This document shows, piece after piece, positions 1-9,963 of a stretch of DNA of 64,000 nt. How positions within the stretch are numbered: the first letter of the stretch is position 1; each line of letters opens with the position of its first letter. The position numbers and the translations under genes were made by a program. The DNA lies in the NCBI GenBank assembly GCA_016218575.1, contig JACRDN010000016.1, positions 129,306 through 193,305 on the forward strand, read 5' to 3'. Under the pieces are notes generated by a model, which did not search any database, had not been told where the DNA came from, and saw nothing but the letters and a program-made list of their open reading frames with translations. The stretch is from Elusimicrobiota bacterium (GTDB lineage Bacteria; Elusimicrobiota; Elusimicrobia; UBA1565; UBA9628).

Positions 1-345
1 GCCGAGCAGGCGGCCCGCGAATGCCGCAGCTAAGGCGGGCGAGCCGGCTAAATGGACGTGAATTACGTCGTATAGAGGAGCCTGACGCCAAAGGTAGATG
101 AACAGCGAGGCCATGAAACTAGCCGCATTTAAAAATCCGGCTCCCCTGCAGGGGAGCCGGATAACGGGAATCCCCCTCACGAATTCTCGACAAGAAAGGC
201 CCGGAAGCTTTCTGGTCAGGACGCGCACTCCCAGCCCGCGGCGCTGAAGCGCCACGGACAATTCCAACGCCTGATTCTCCGCTCCCCCGATGGATGGATG
301 GAAGCTCGCGCTCACCATCACGACGCGCAAGGCCGCTTCAGCCAT
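1..345 (-). CDS. GT4-family glycosyltransferase, N-terminal part (runs off window start)
   Basis: Not in ORF track. Manual translation from ATG at 345: MAEAALRVVMVSASFHPSIGGAENQALELSVALQRRGLGVRVLTRK...YDVIHVHLAGSPALAAAFAGRLLG. The 'F-x-P-x-IGGAE' and 'DVIHVH' motifs are typical GT4 N-domain; start overlaps the upstream gene's stop. Confidence 0.85.
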   Translation of the reverse strand, partial: MAEAALRVVMVSASFHPSIGGAENQALELSVALQRRGLGVRVLTRKLPGLSCREFVRGIPVIRLPCRGAGFLNAASFMASLFIYLWRQAPLYDVIHVHLAGSPALAAAFAGRLLG

Positions 346-1360
346 GCTTGCGGCCGAGTATCCCGGGCTTGGGGACAAGCCCATGGGCCAAGATCTTGAG
401 CGGGTCAAAGCCGGCCTCCACGAACCAGGAGGCGAGCTCCTCCTTGGTGTGGTGGTATTGGTAGGGAGGGGCCAGCCAATCGAAGTTTTCTATCAGCCTC
501 ACGCGAAAGCGGGGGTGAACGGAAAAAGTGAGATACTTGATTCCCGGCAGGGCCCCGGCAAGGGCCAGAGGAAAGCACAGGACGTAGAGCAGGGGGATCG
601 GTAGGCGAGTAGTGAACATGCGCAGAAAGTCGCTGATCCAATGCCGCAGCGTAACAATGACCCAGGCCAGGCGGCGCCGCCGCCGGACCCAGGCGCGATC
701 CTCCCGGATGGGGTTGGTCGCGAACTCCTCGAACTTTCCCGCCTTGCCGTAAACCCAGACGCTTAAAAATCCGCCAGGCCTGACTCTTTGCGCGACCTGG
801 CGGAAGGCTTGCCCCGTGCCGGGAGCATGATGCAGCACTCCCTGGCTGTAGACGATGTCGAAGGCCCCTTTCTTCAAGGGCAGGCGCAGGAGGTCTCCCT
901 GCACCAGGTGCAGTCGGGGCTCGGCCTCGGCCGCTTGGCGCAGGCGCTCGAGACTTTCGGAAAGGTCCAGGGCCACGACCTCGGCCCCCAGGCTCAACGC
1001 CTCCAGGGCGTAACGCCCCATGCCGCAGCCCGCGTCGAGCACGAGCTTGCCCGCGAAGGCCTCGGCGGGTAGCTGGGTCTCCGCCAGGAATACCGCGCGG
1101 TCCTCGGGAAAGGACCCCGGATAGCGCATCCATTCCCACGCGAAGCTCTTGGCCGTGCGCCGATCCCGCCGGTCCTGCCCGGGGCCCAGGAGGCGGGGAA
1201 TGCCGCCTCTAATCGGATACTCCTTCCCGCAAGCCCGGCAGGCCAAACTCCCGAATTGCAGTTCGGTGACCTCCCGGGTCGGGTATTTCTCAAGCGCCGC
1301 GAATTTCATCTCCATGGCGCAGCAGGGAGAGGAAAGCCAGGTCAAAAGGCGCGGCTTCAT
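338..1360 (-). CDS. Class I SAM-dependent methyltransferase with N-terminal Trm112-like zinc-ribbon
   Basis: N-term LSSPCC...LACRACGKEYPIRGGIPRL (Trm112-like); motif I VLDAGCGMG; FDIVYSQGVLHH. Confidence 0.85.
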   Translation of the reverse strand: MKPRLLTWLSSPCCAMEMKFAALEKYPTREVTELQFGSLACRACGKEYPIRGGIPRLLGPGQDRRDRRTAKSFAWEWMRYPGSFPEDRAVFLAETQLPAEAFAGKLVLDAGCGMGRYALEALSLGAEVVALDLSESLERLRQAAEAEPRLHLVQGDLLRLPLKKGAFDIVYSQGVLHHAPGTGQAFRQVAQRVRPGGFLSVWVYGKAGKFEEFATNPIREDRAWVRRRRRLAWVIVTLRHWISDFLRMFTTRLPIPLLYVLCFPLALAGALPGIKYLTFSVHPRFRVRLIENFDWLAPPYQYHHTKEELASWFVEAGFDPLKILAHGLVPKPGILGRKHG

Positions 1361-2337
1361 CGCCGCGCCTTTTCCAGGCCCGCCTTGAGCTCGCCCAAGG
1401 AAAGCCCGACGCGGTAAAGGAAAACCAAGCCCAAGAGCGTCACTATGAGGTACGACAGCATATGGCTGAAAAAAGCGTAGGCGAGAGCCTGATGGGGGCT
1501 CGCCCCGAAGGACTGCAAGAGGGACTTTACCATGGCCTCGAAGGTGCCGAAGGCCCCGGGAGCCGCGGGCAGGGCCGCCCCGGCTCCGGCCCAGGACAAA
1601 ATCAATATAGAGCGCGGGTAATCCACCATGGTCCCGAGGCCCAGGGACTGGGCTACGGCCCAGTAGAGCCCGGCGTCCACCCCCCAGAGGCCCAGGCTGA
1701 GCAGCGCGGCCTCGAGAGCGGTTTTAGGATCGGCCAGGGCCGCGGCTCCCTGCGCCAAGGGCAGGACCAGGCTTTGGACCTTGGGCCAGGGCTTAAGACG
1801 CTCCCTCAAGGCTCCCCCCGGTTGGAGCAGGCGCCTGGCCAAAACCAGGAAGCACAGGGCGCCGGCGATTCCGCAAAGGAGCAGGAGGGCTGCGCGGCGC
1901 AGGGCCGCCGGAACCAAGGGCGAGCCGACGCTGGCCGCGCAGAACAAGGTCAGAAGCGCGGCCACGTCCAGGACCCTTTCGACGGCGACGCTCGCCAAGG
2001 CGGTCAGCCAGGAAATTCCGAGCTCGCGCCCGGCCAGGAAAGCCCGGGCCAACTCGCCCAGGCGCAGGAAGAGCACGTTATTGACGGAAAGCCCGATCGC
2101 CTCGAGCCTCAGGCAGGCCCAAAAGCACTCCTTTTTGGATAACAGCAAGGTCCAGCGCCGCGAGCGCACCACGAGATCAAGGAGAACGATGCCCGACATC
2201 ATGGGCACCCAGCGCCAGCGCGCGCAGGCCAGAACCAACCAAAGCTCGGAAAGCGCCACGTTGCGCAGGGCCAGCCCCAGGAAAACCGCGGTGAAGGCCA
2301 GCCCCCCCGCCATGGAGAGAGCCTTGCCGTACTTCAT
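1357..2337 (-). CDS. UPF0104 / lysylphosphatidylglycerol-synthase TM-domain (flippase-like) membrane protein
   Basis: Start moved to MKYGKALSM (ATGA overlap with upstream stop). Motifs RSRRWTLLL, NNVLFLRLGELARA, SVAVERVLD, PAAPGAFGTFE; multiple TM helices. Confidence 0.85.
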   Translation of the reverse strand: MKYGKALSMAGGLAFTAVFLGLALRNVALSELWLVLACARWRWVPMMSGIVLLDLVVRSRRWTLLLSKKECFWACLRLEAIGLSVNNVLFLRLGELARAFLAGRELGISWLTALASVAVERVLDVAALLTLFCAASVGSPLVPAALRRAALLLLCGIAGALCFLVLARRLLQPGGALRERLKPWPKVQSLVLPLAQGAAALADPKTALEAALLSLGLWGVDAGLYWAVAQSLGLGTMVDYPRSILILSWAGAGAALPAAPGAFGTFEAMVKSLLQSFGASPHQALAYAFFSHMLSYLIVTLLGLVFLYRVGLSLGELKAGLEKARR

Positions 2338-4184
2338 GCCAAAAACCTCCGCGTCCAGAAAACGCCGCCGTAGATCCAGAGCCCGACGCTGAGCATGACC
2401 CAAACCGGCCAAAACGTGGGTCGGAAAATAATATCGATCTCTGCCGTGGAGGAATGGAAGTCGGCAGCATTCAAGAACTGAAGGAAGCCCTCCCAACGGC
2501 CAAGCGGAACCTCTTGGCCGTTTACATAGGTCCTCCAGCCCGGGTAGAAAGGCTGGGCCAAGACCAGGCTCCCGGCCTCGCCGGGGACGCGGGCCCGCAG
2601 ACGCCAATGCTCCGGGCGCGCGATTTCGAGTTTCACGTAATTTTTGACGGCGGCCCCGGAAAGGCCGACGAAATAAGCCAAAGGCAGGGCGGCGGGATTA
2701 TGACGCCATTGCCCGTCTTCGGCCAGGAAATATTTCACCCCCAGACGGCTCATCTCGAGAGTTTCGTGGCGGCGCAGATAGCCTCGGCTGGCGTCCACCG
2801 CGGCGCGGCCTTCGCTCTTGGCCGCGTACTCCGGGAAAGCCGAGAGAAAAAAAGCCTCGTAGCCGTTCACGTTCATGGCGCGGTAGAGCATGGTTTTATT
2901 GGGGTTGGCAAGCTCTGGATCGGTAATGAGCCGCCAAGCGCCTCCCCCCATTTGCTGGGCGAAGCTGGCGCTAGGCCTAAGATAGGGCAGGTTCTCCTCG
3001 GGGCGCAGATATGCCCAGTCCCAAACCAGGAGGTCCAAAGCCAAAACGGCAACCAACGTTCCCCCAGCTCCAGCGGAAAACCGCCTTCGCCGCTGGAGCA
3101 GCTTCCACCCCGCCCCTGCGGCCAGGATCAAGCCCCAAAGGCATAAAAACAAATAGCGGGAGGGAGTCCTTAAAAACCCGAGGGGGGTCCAAGACAGAAG
3201 GGCGCGGTAGAAGGGATTGCGGCCGCCAGAGGCCAGGAAGAGGCCCGCGCCCAATAAAATCCAGCTCCGCCGCGCCTTGCCCGAACAGAGACCGAAAGCC
3301 GCCAGGACCAGGCCCAAAAGCCCTACGTAGACCCCGGAGGTCTCGAAAAATACCGAGGGAGGGCCGGAGTAGCCGCCGCCCACCGGACTGCCCCAGGCTC
3401 CGGGGAAGAGCCACGAGGCCAAGGTTTTCAGCTCGAAGGAGTAGCCCAAGGCGAAGTCGAGCGGCCAGCCCCGGCGCCCCGATTGACCCAAAAATTCCAA
3501 AGTGGGCGCGGACTGGACCGCGCACAAGCCCAAAGCCAGGAGACCCTCGCGCGCCAAGGCGCGCCCGGTCTTGCCGATGGAGGGCGAGGAAGCGGCCCAA
3601 AGAGCCAAGGCCATGGCGTTGGCGATCATGAACTGCGGGTGCCCGGAAAGGAACTGCAAAGCCCAGCAGGCGGCAAGGGCCCCAGGGGCGCCGCTGAGCC
3701 ACGCGAGCCAGCACCAAGGCGCCCAGGCCAGGCTCGAGAGCAGGGTGGGGATCCCCTCGGTTATCCGGTACACCAAGAAGGGGGAGAGGGCGTAGGCCAA
3801 AGATAGGGATAAGGAGCCGGAGCTCGATAGCCTTTGGCTCCGGCTCAGAAGAAAAATCCCCAATCCCGACCAGAACACGTGGAAAAGACAATCCCAGCTC
3901 AACGCCAGGCTCAGCGGGAATATCCCGCATAGCGCGGAAACGGGATAAAAAAACGCCGCTTGGGAATTGGCCAGCAGGGGAAGGCCCGCGAAGATGTAGG
4001 GATTCCAGAAGGGCAGGCGCCCGGCCTGGAGCGAGCTCCATGCCAGGTGGCGCAGGGGATAATGGTAAGTATAGAGGTCTCCAAAATTTTTGAAGGAAAG
4101 GCCCGGGCAGAGCCAGACTGGAAAAGAAATCGCCAAGATGAGCAGAGCCCAGACAACGAGCAAGGAAAAATCCCTGGGTGTCAT
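2334..4184 (-). CDS. YfhO-family (GT-C fold) polytopic membrane glycosyltransferase
   Basis: GDLYTYHYP...GRLPFWNPYIFAGLPLLAN..FFYP N-terminus; C-terminal LVLAQPFYPGWRTYVNG followed by a final TM helix, characteristic of YfhO-like proteins. Confidence 0.8.
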   Translation of the reverse strand: MTPRDFSLLVVWALLILAISFPVWLCPGLSFKNFGDLYTYHYPLRHLAWSSLQAGRLPFWNPYIFAGLPLLANSQAAFFYPVSALCGIFPLSLALSWDCLFHVFWSGLGIFLLSRSQRLSSSGSLSLSLAYALSPFLVYRITEGIPTLLSSLAWAPWCWLAWLSGAPGALAACWALQFLSGHPQFMIANAMALALWAASSPSIGKTGRALAREGLLALGLCAVQSAPTLEFLGQSGRRGWPLDFALGYSFELKTLASWLFPGAWGSPVGGGYSGPPSVFFETSGVYVGLLGLVLAAFGLCSGKARRSWILLGAGLFLASGGRNPFYRALLSWTPLGFLRTPSRYLFLCLWGLILAAGAGWKLLQRRRRFSAGAGGTLVAVLALDLLVWDWAYLRPEENLPYLRPSASFAQQMGGGAWRLITDPELANPNKTMLYRAMNVNGYEAFFLSAFPEYAAKSEGRAAVDASRGYLRRHETLEMSRLGVKYFLAEDGQWRHNPAALPLAYFVGLSGAAVKNYVKLEIARPEHWRLRARVPGEAGSLVLAQPFYPGWRTYVNGQEVPLGRWEGFLQFLNAADFHSSTAEIDIIFRPTFWPVWVMLSVGLWIYGGVFWTRRFLA

Positions 4185-6124
4185 TTTTGGAGCGCCATGA
4201 AAAGCCGCGCTCGATTATACCAATAGCGGGCCAGCGCCAGGAGAGAGGCTAAAGTCAGAGCCAGCCCCCAGCGGAAGCTCGCTGGCCGGTAGAGGAAATG
4301 AAGGGTCCACGGCCCCGGAGGCGCCAATAGCTTTTGGAAGGCCCCCAAGGCGGGAAGGCTGTCCACCTCGGCGGCCCGGGGCGGAGCCTCAAGCCATGAC
4401 CGCCACCCGGGATAGCGCGGCAGGGAAACGTAGATCCAGCGCGGCTTGTCCTCGTCGCCAAATATCTGGAGCCGGTCCTCGCGCGGGCTCTGCCAGGCAA
4501 GTGGCGAGCCTGGCTCGCCGTCGAGCCAGGCGATAGAAAGTGCTTCCGGAAGTTTCTGTCCATCCTCCAGGCTCAACGCGTAAGCTCGCGAGATCCGCCC
4601 CTTTTTCCGGTAGATCCGCCAGAGAACGCTTCCCTCATGACTCAGCCCCGGGGATCCGGCCAGGGGCTTCGGCGTCATCAGATAACGGATGCCGGCCCAG
4701 GGAAAAAAGGCCGCGGCGGCCTGCGCGCTCGGCGCCCGGTAAAGGGCGTCCATCCACTCGTAGTTGCGCCGCGGCACCAGGGGCTCCCCGAAGTTGGCGG
4801 CAGCACTCAGGCGGAAGGGGGCGTTGGTGAGGCCGTAAAGCCGGTGCTTCCAATCCCAAACGTCGGAGCCCTCGTGCTTTTCCAAGGCCAGGGGAGAGAG
4901 AAGATACCGGTCGGGGCCTAGGCGATTTTGTAGCAGTCGCACCAAGGGCCCGGCCGATGTGAAGAGTCCCCTTGGTGCGGTGGGTGAGCCTCCAATGGCG
5001 TACAGGAAAAGTTCGCCAGCTATCGCCGCCAAAATCCAAGGAGAGCGTTTGCCCATTCCCACTGCCGTCAACAGGGCCAAGGCGGGCAAGGCTAAATAGG
5101 CCATATTCCCCGGATAGCGCACGAAGCGCAGAGGCGCGAAATGAGCCCAAAGCCAAGCCGAAGCCACGTTGGAGTCTCCCAAAAGAAGGAGAGCCGTGAA
5201 CGCCAAAAAAACCGCAAGAAGCGCGGCCCTCCGAGTCTTGAGCCCCGCCAGGCCCAGCACCGCCAGGGAAAATCCCGAGAATCCGATATAGCTGCATTGC
5301 CACCATCGCCTCGCCGGATCGAAGCTCCGGGAGAGCCACGGACTCACCCATTGCCACAAATCCCTCGGCGCGTAGCCAAAGCGCAGGGCCTCCTCCAGAC
5401 CGAGGCCCCCCGAGCGCCTGGAATTGGCGAAAAGCTCGAGGGCTGGAAGTAATAGGCAAGCCGTTAAAAGAAGAGCCTGTGCCCCTCCCAGCGTCCAAGC
5501 TCTGGCGGCTTCCAAAATTGTCTTGCCCTTCCGAAAATTGGCGAGCGCCAAAAATAGAATCCAAGCCGCCGCCATGGACCCGGCCAGGAAGGGCGGATAG
5601 CCCGCCCAGAAGGCTAGAGACAGCGACAAACCTAGAAGAGCGGGCCGTCGGAAAAATAGAAGAAAAGCGGGAACCAAAGACAGCAAAGCCAGATGATTGA
5701 GAAAAGGCAGGCGGCTGGCAAGGAACCCTCCCAGCCCGTAGCAAAGTCCCCCGGCCCAGCAGGCCCGGCGCGGAAGTCCCAGGGACCTCAGCCATAGAGC
5801 CGTCAATAAGCCCGCCAGCCAATAATGGAAAAGCTGAAACAGGGCCGCGGCCGTGGCGAAGCCGAAAATCATGAAGAGGGCGTTTCCCGGGTAGAAAAAG
5901 GAGTCCTGCATGGTGGCGGCCTGGGGCATGCCCATGTAGAGGTAGGGATTCCAGAGAGGGACCCGCCCTTGGGCCAAAGATTGGGCTTGGAACGCCTTCC
6001 AGGGATGGTGGATGTAGGTAAGGTCTCCCCAGAAAAAAGAAAGGCCGCGGCACCAGACCGGCAAAAACAACGCCAATAGGACGCAAAGCCAAAGCCCCGC
6101 CGCCGCGAGATCGCGGTCCCTCAT
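4181..6124 (-). CDS. YfhO-family (GT-C fold) polytopic membrane glycosyltransferase, second paralogue
   Basis: Start moved to MRDRDLAAAG (ATGA overlap). GDLTYIHHP...GRVPLWNPYLYMGMP..FFYP; YVSLPRYPGWRS; FLYRP then final TM helix. Confidence 0.8.
   Translation of the reverse strand: MRDRDLAAAGLWLCVLLALFLPVWCRGLSFFWGDLTYIHHPWKAFQAQSLAQGRVPLWNPYLYMGMPQAATMQDSFFYPGNALFMIFGFATAAALFQLFHYWLAGLLTALWLRSLGLPRRACWAGGLCYGLGGFLASRLPFLNHLALLSLVPAFLLFFRRPALLGLSLSLAFWAGYPPFLAGSMAAAWILFLALANFRKGKTILEAARAWTLGGAQALLLTACLLLPALELFANSRRSGGLGLEEALRFGYAPRDLWQWVSPWLSRSFDPARRWWQCSYIGFSGFSLAVLGLAGLKTRRAALLAVFLAFTALLLLGDSNVASAWLWAHFAPLRFVRYPGNMAYLALPALALLTAVGMGKRSPWILAAIAGELFLYAIGGSPTAPRGLFTSAGPLVRLLQNRLGPDRYLLSPLALEKHEGSDVWDWKHRLYGLTNAPFRLSAAANFGEPLVPRRNYEWMDALYRAPSAQAAAAFFPWAGIRYLMTPKPLAGSPGLSHEGSVLWRIYRKKGRISRAYALSLEDGQKLPEALSIAWLDGEPGSPLAWQSPREDRLQIFGDEDKPRWIYVSLPRYPGWRSWLEAPPRAAEVDSLPALGAFQKLLAPPGPWTLHFLYRPASFRWGLALTLASLLALARYWYNRARLFMALQK
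4214..4222 (-). promoter_or_regulatory. Possible internal extended -10 promoter (TGGTATAAT)
   Basis: Minus strand TG-G-TATAAT about 30 nt upstream of the 4184 start, inside the end of the upstream CDS. Confidence 0.35.
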
Positions 6125-7590
6125 GGCCGGGCGGCGCGCAAGGCCGGGCAGAATAGAGCTCCATGCCCCATGGCTTGGAGGGCTCTCCCGGGCTCGCCCA
6201 ACTCCAGGTAGACACGACTGAGCGCCGACCAGGATGAGGCGCGGTAAGGGTTGAGTTCCGTGGAAACCTCGAGGTGCGCCGCGGCCCGGACCAAATGAGC
6301 CCCGCGGTCGGGACCGGCCTTGGCCAGGCCCATCTCCATCTCCGCGGCGTAACGCTCGGTCTCGGGATGGCGCAAGAGGTGAGACGAGCCCTCCAAAAGA
6401 GACAAGACCTCCCCCGGGGGGGCTCCGCTCTTGGCCTTCTCGACGGCTTGGGCCTTGAGCCTGTCGGCTTGCCACCCTCTCCAGGTCCAGGAGCAAAGCC
6501 CGTAAGCCAGAGTCGCGACCAAAAGGCCCAAGGGGAGCTTGCGCCCGGAGGCGATGTTTACCCCGCGCTTGCTTTCCGATATGGTCGAGGCCGAGAAATA
6601 GCAGAAAAGCCAGAAATTAGCCGGGATGGAGAGGGAATAGTCCCATAGGGATTGGATCAGGATGGCCACGGCCCCGAAGCGCTTATGGGAGCCCCCGCGC
6701 CGCAGACAATGCAGAAGCCCGGCCGTCCAGATCAGCACATAGGGTAGCCCGCTTTCGGCGGCCGTTTCCAAGAAGTGCTGGTGGGCATAAAGCGCGGAGA
6801 GATCCACCCCCGGCCTCTGATAGGCAGGCAGGGCGTAGGCGAAGCTATTCGGACCCAGGCCCAACCAAGGCCGGTCCCAAACCATGCGCAGGGCCGCCTG
6901 CCACCAGTACCAGCGATGCAGGACGTCCGGCGACTTGAGCTTGGCGTATATGATGACCAGACAGACCAGGCCGATGGCCGTGCCCACGCGGTAGGCCGCG
7001 GAGCCGGCCTGGCGCCGGTTGAGCGTCAAGGCCCCGGCCAGGCCCAGCCAAGCTCCGACGCTGCGCGACCAAGCCAAGGCGCACAAAAGCCCGGCGCAGA
7101 GGATCCAGTCCCTCTTTTGAACGCAAAGGGGAAGCAGCATGAGCACCGTTCCCGCGAAAATATTCTGGTTGAGGAAGGCGCTGGAAGGCCTTTCGATCCC
7201 CTGCCGGAAATGCTGGTAGAACGCCAAGAGGACCAGGACCCAGGCGACGGCGCGAACGGCCTCGTCCACGGCCGAGCGCTCGTCCTTGGAGACCGCCATG
7301 ATCGCCGGAAAAATCCACAGTCCCAGGAGGAGGGCCCTCCAGGCCGGGATGGAGTAGCTCGCAACCGGGCTTGAGAACGCCGCCCAGCCGGAGAGTGCGG
7401 CCAAGACTCCGGTCCAGGCCAGGTTCCTGGTGGAGGGAAGGGGAAAGTAGCCCACGAAGAGCCGAAAAAGGACCCATAGGGCGGATCCGCAGACGACCGC
7501 GATAAAAAGGAGGGATTGCGCCCAAAGGTCCCAACTCCCCCGGAGCAGCGGGCCCCCCGCGACCAGGAGCCCGATGAGCAGCGGAAGCAC
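6121..7590 (-). CDS. O-antigen ligase / O-oligosaccharyltransferase-like (Wzy_C) membrane protein with C-terminal TPR-like region
   Basis: RPSSAFLNQNIFAG, SRSVGAW, RWYWWQAALRMVWDRPWLGLGPNSF, AHQHFLETAAESGL (conserved His region of WaaL/PglL); C-terminal ELNPYRASSWSALSRVY TPR-like helix pair. Confidence 0.8.
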   Translation of the reverse strand: MLPLLIGLLVAGGPLLRGSWDLWAQSLLFIAVVCGSALWVLFRLFVGYFPLPSTRNLAWTGVLAALSGWAAFSSPVASYSIPAWRALLLGLWIFPAIMAVSKDERSAVDEAVRAVAWVLVLLAFYQHFRQGIERPSSAFLNQNIFAGTVLMLLPLCVQKRDWILCAGLLCALAWSRSVGAWLGLAGALTLNRRQAGSAAYRVGTAIGLVCLVIIYAKLKSPDVLHRWYWWQAALRMVWDRPWLGLGPNSFAYALPAYQRPGVDLSALYAHQHFLETAAESGLPYVLIWTAGLLHCLRRGGSHKRFGAVAILIQSLWDYSLSIPANFWLFCYFSASTISESKRGVNIASGRKLPLGLLVATLAYGLCSWTWRGWQADRLKAQAVEKAKSGAPPGEVLSLLEGSSHLLRHPETERYAAEMEMGLAKAGPDRGAHLVRAAAHLEVSTELNPYRASSWSALSRVYLELGEPGRALQAMGHGALFCPALRAARP

Positions 7591-7600
7591 GATGAGAGCG

Positions 7601-9505
7601 CTAGTCCTGGAGAATCTTGGTCGTGACGAAGATCAAGAGCTCGTTGCGGGTCCTGGTCAGGGCCTTTTTCTTGAAGAACCAGCCCAAGAGCGGAATGTCC
7701 CCGAGCAGGGGAACCTTGGCGATGGTGTTGCTCATGGTGTCGCTGATGAGGCCACCAATGACTATGGTCTCGCCGTCGCGCACCAGGATGGTGGTCTTGG
7801 CGTTGCGCGAGTCCACGGCCGGGGCCCCGGTGGCGCTGGCCGCGATCGTGGAGGAAGGTTGGCTCACCACGGGGTTGAGATCGAGGGTGATGCGCCCGTC
7901 GGCGTTGATGCTGGGGGTCACCGAGAGCTGGATGCCGGTGACGGCGTAGGACACGGTCTGGGTCTGCACGCCGGTCGAGGCGACGTTGGAGGTGACGTAG
8001 GGAATCGAGGTCGTCACGTTGATGTTGGCGGCCTGGTTGTTCAAGGTCGCGACCTTGGGGTCGGAGAGGACCTTCACCTTTCCTTGGGTCGCGGCGGCCG
8101 AGAGAGTGGCGGAGAGGAAGTACGTGTTCGTAATGCGCCCGATCGTAAGCGCCCCGAATATGGAGGAGGCCGGCAGGCTCACGCCCGTGCCCCGCCCTCC
8201 AGCGCCCGGCCCGACCACCGCGGGCGTGGCGTTAAGATCCAAGGGCCTGGCCTGAGCCGTGGCGACGGGGCTCTCGTTGGTGCCGATGAGGTTGGTGCCC
8301 TGTTTGCCGCCGATGCGGGCCGGATCGAGGGACTTGTAGTCCCATTGGATGCCGTAGTGAAGGGAATTATTGAGGCTGACCTCGATGAGCTTGACCTCGA
8401 TGAGGACTTGCTTGGGGCGCACATCGAGCTGGGCCACCAGGCGCTCGGTCTCGGCCAGGCCCTCGATGGAGTCGGTGACGACCAAGGAATTGGTCTTGGC
8501 ATCGGATAGGGCCACGCCGGTGCTGCGCCCCTGGGCCAGGCGCACTTGGTTGACCATGGACAGGATCTCCGAAGCCTTGGTGTAGTTCAAGGGCAGCACC
8601 TTGGTGACGGTGGCGGCCGCGGACTGGGCCTTGGCCAGGGCCCCGGGAGTCAGAATCCTGAGTATGTTGTCTCCCACCTGGGTGGTGGACAGGTTGGTCA
8701 TGGAGAGAATGGTCCGAAAGGCCTCGTTGAAGGGGACGTCGGCCAGATGCAAGGTCAAAGTCCCGTTCACGTCGGGTCCGTAAATGATGTTGATCTTGGC
8801 CTTGGCCGACAGGAGCTTGATGATATCCTTGATGTCGGTGCCGTCGAAATCCAGGGAGACCGGATCCTTGGGCAGGCGGCTCATGATGTCGGCCCTCGGC
8901 GCCCGCGGACTCCCCGAGCCGGCCTTGGCCGGGCGCGCTTCCGGCGTCGGCGGCGGCTCCTTGGCGGCTTGCTCATCTATGTTGACGTCGGACTTGGCCG
9001 CCATGGCGGCAAGCTCCGAGGCCGCCTGGGTATTGACTCCTCCCGCCTCGCGGGCCGGACCGGCCGCGGCTGGGACCTGGACCTTGGGCCGAGGCTTGCC
9101 CTCGGGGTCGGGCCCCAAGCGCACGGTAAGGACGTTGTCCTCCTTGAGGACCTTATAGCCCGCCGGCTCGGAGAGGTCCATGACCACCCTCGCGATCATG
9201 GCGGGGCTCCTCTGGAACTGCCCGACGCGCACGCCCTTTAAGTATTTCCCCTTGCCGGCCCAAGACTTAGCACCCAGGCTGTTCTCGGCGCCCATGAGCT
9301 CCAGGACGACGCGAGGCGAGGGGGAGGCCGTGGTGAAGGCGTTGTACTCGGCCTCCTCGCTCAACAAAACTTGGACTTGATCGGGGCTCACCTCGAGGCT
9401 GGTGAGATACGCGGTCTCGGCGGCCCACGCCGGCAGGGCCGCGCCGCCGGGCAAGATCAGGACGACCGCCAGGACCCAGGCCAGGCTTTTCTTGAGTAGT
9501 GTCAC
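7601..9505 (-). CDS. pilQ: Type IV pilus secretin PilQ (AMIN + N domains + secretin)
   Basis: Signal peptide; AMIN domain (PRVVLEL...VRVGQF...RVVMDL); VSLDFDGTDIKDII; LDVRPKQVLIEVKLIE; VRDGETIVIGGL...KVPLLGDIPLLGWFFK...ELLIFVT. Confidence 0.95.
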   Translation of the reverse strand: MTLLKKSLAWVLAVVLILPGGAALPAWAAETAYLTSLEVSPDQVQVLLSEEAEYNAFTTASPSPRVVLELMGAENSLGAKSWAGKGKYLKGVRVGQFQRSPAMIARVVMDLSEPAGYKVLKEDNVLTVRLGPDPEGKPRPKVQVPAAAGPAREAGGVNTQAASELAAMAAKSDVNIDEQAAKEPPPTPEARPAKAGSGSPRAPRADIMSRLPKDPVSLDFDGTDIKDIIKLLSAKAKINIIYGPDVNGTLTLHLADVPFNEAFRTILSMTNLSTTQVGDNILRILTPGALAKAQSAAATVTKVLPLNYTKASEILSMVNQVRLAQGRSTGVALSDAKTNSLVVTDSIEGLAETERLVAQLDVRPKQVLIEVKLIEVSLNNSLHYGIQWDYKSLDPARIGGKQGTNLIGTNESPVATAQARPLDLNATPAVVGPGAGGRGTGVSLPASSIFGALTIGRITNTYFLSATLSAAATQGKVKVLSDPKVATLNNQAANINVTTSIPYVTSNVASTGVQTQTVSYAVTGIQLSVTPSINADGRITLDLNPVVSQPSSTIAASATGAPAVDSRNAKTTILVRDGETIVIGGLISDTMSNTIAKVPLLGDIPLLGWFFKKKALTRTRNELLIFVTTKILQD

Positions 9506-9963
9506 TTTGGCTCCTCCTCCCCTAATCGGAAAACCTGCACGTCCTTGTCCTCGGTCATCAGATGGGCCGTCTTCTTTTTCACGTTGATGGAGCCGGCCAC
9601 GCCCGCGACCATCTTGCCCCGATCGTCGTAAAGCTTCCCCTTGCGAAGAATGAAGCTGACTCCGAAATTGTTGTCGTTGAAAAGGGCGTACTCCACGCCG
9701 GAATCCTTCATGATCCCCTTGAGAGAGAGGTTGTGAATGTTGAAATCCTCCCGGTCGAAGGGCTTGCCGGTGTTGGCGCGCGATGAGCCGCTGGCGGCTG
9801 GGGTGAAGGGATCGCGCAGCTTTTCCACGGTATAGATGGAGCCGACGCTCGGCGCCGGCGCCGTGGAGGCCTTGACCTCGACCGGTTTGCCTCCCGGCTC
9901 GAGAGCTTGAGTCGAGACTCCGGCTAGGAACATCAAGACAGCCAAAACTTTCGCCATGTCCAT
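9502..9963 (-). CDS. pilP: PilP-like pilus assembly protein
   Basis: Position between pilO and pilQ; Y...LRDPF motif; LSLKGIM...YAL. Confidence 0.7.
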   Translation of the reverse strand: MDMAKVLAVLMFLAGVSTQALEPGGKPVEVKASTAPAPSVGSIYTVEKLRDPFTPAASGSSRANTGKPFDREDFNIHNLSLKGIMKDSGVEYALFNDNNFGVSFILRKGKLYDDRGKMVAGVAGSINVKKKTAHLMTEDKDVQVFRLGEEEPK

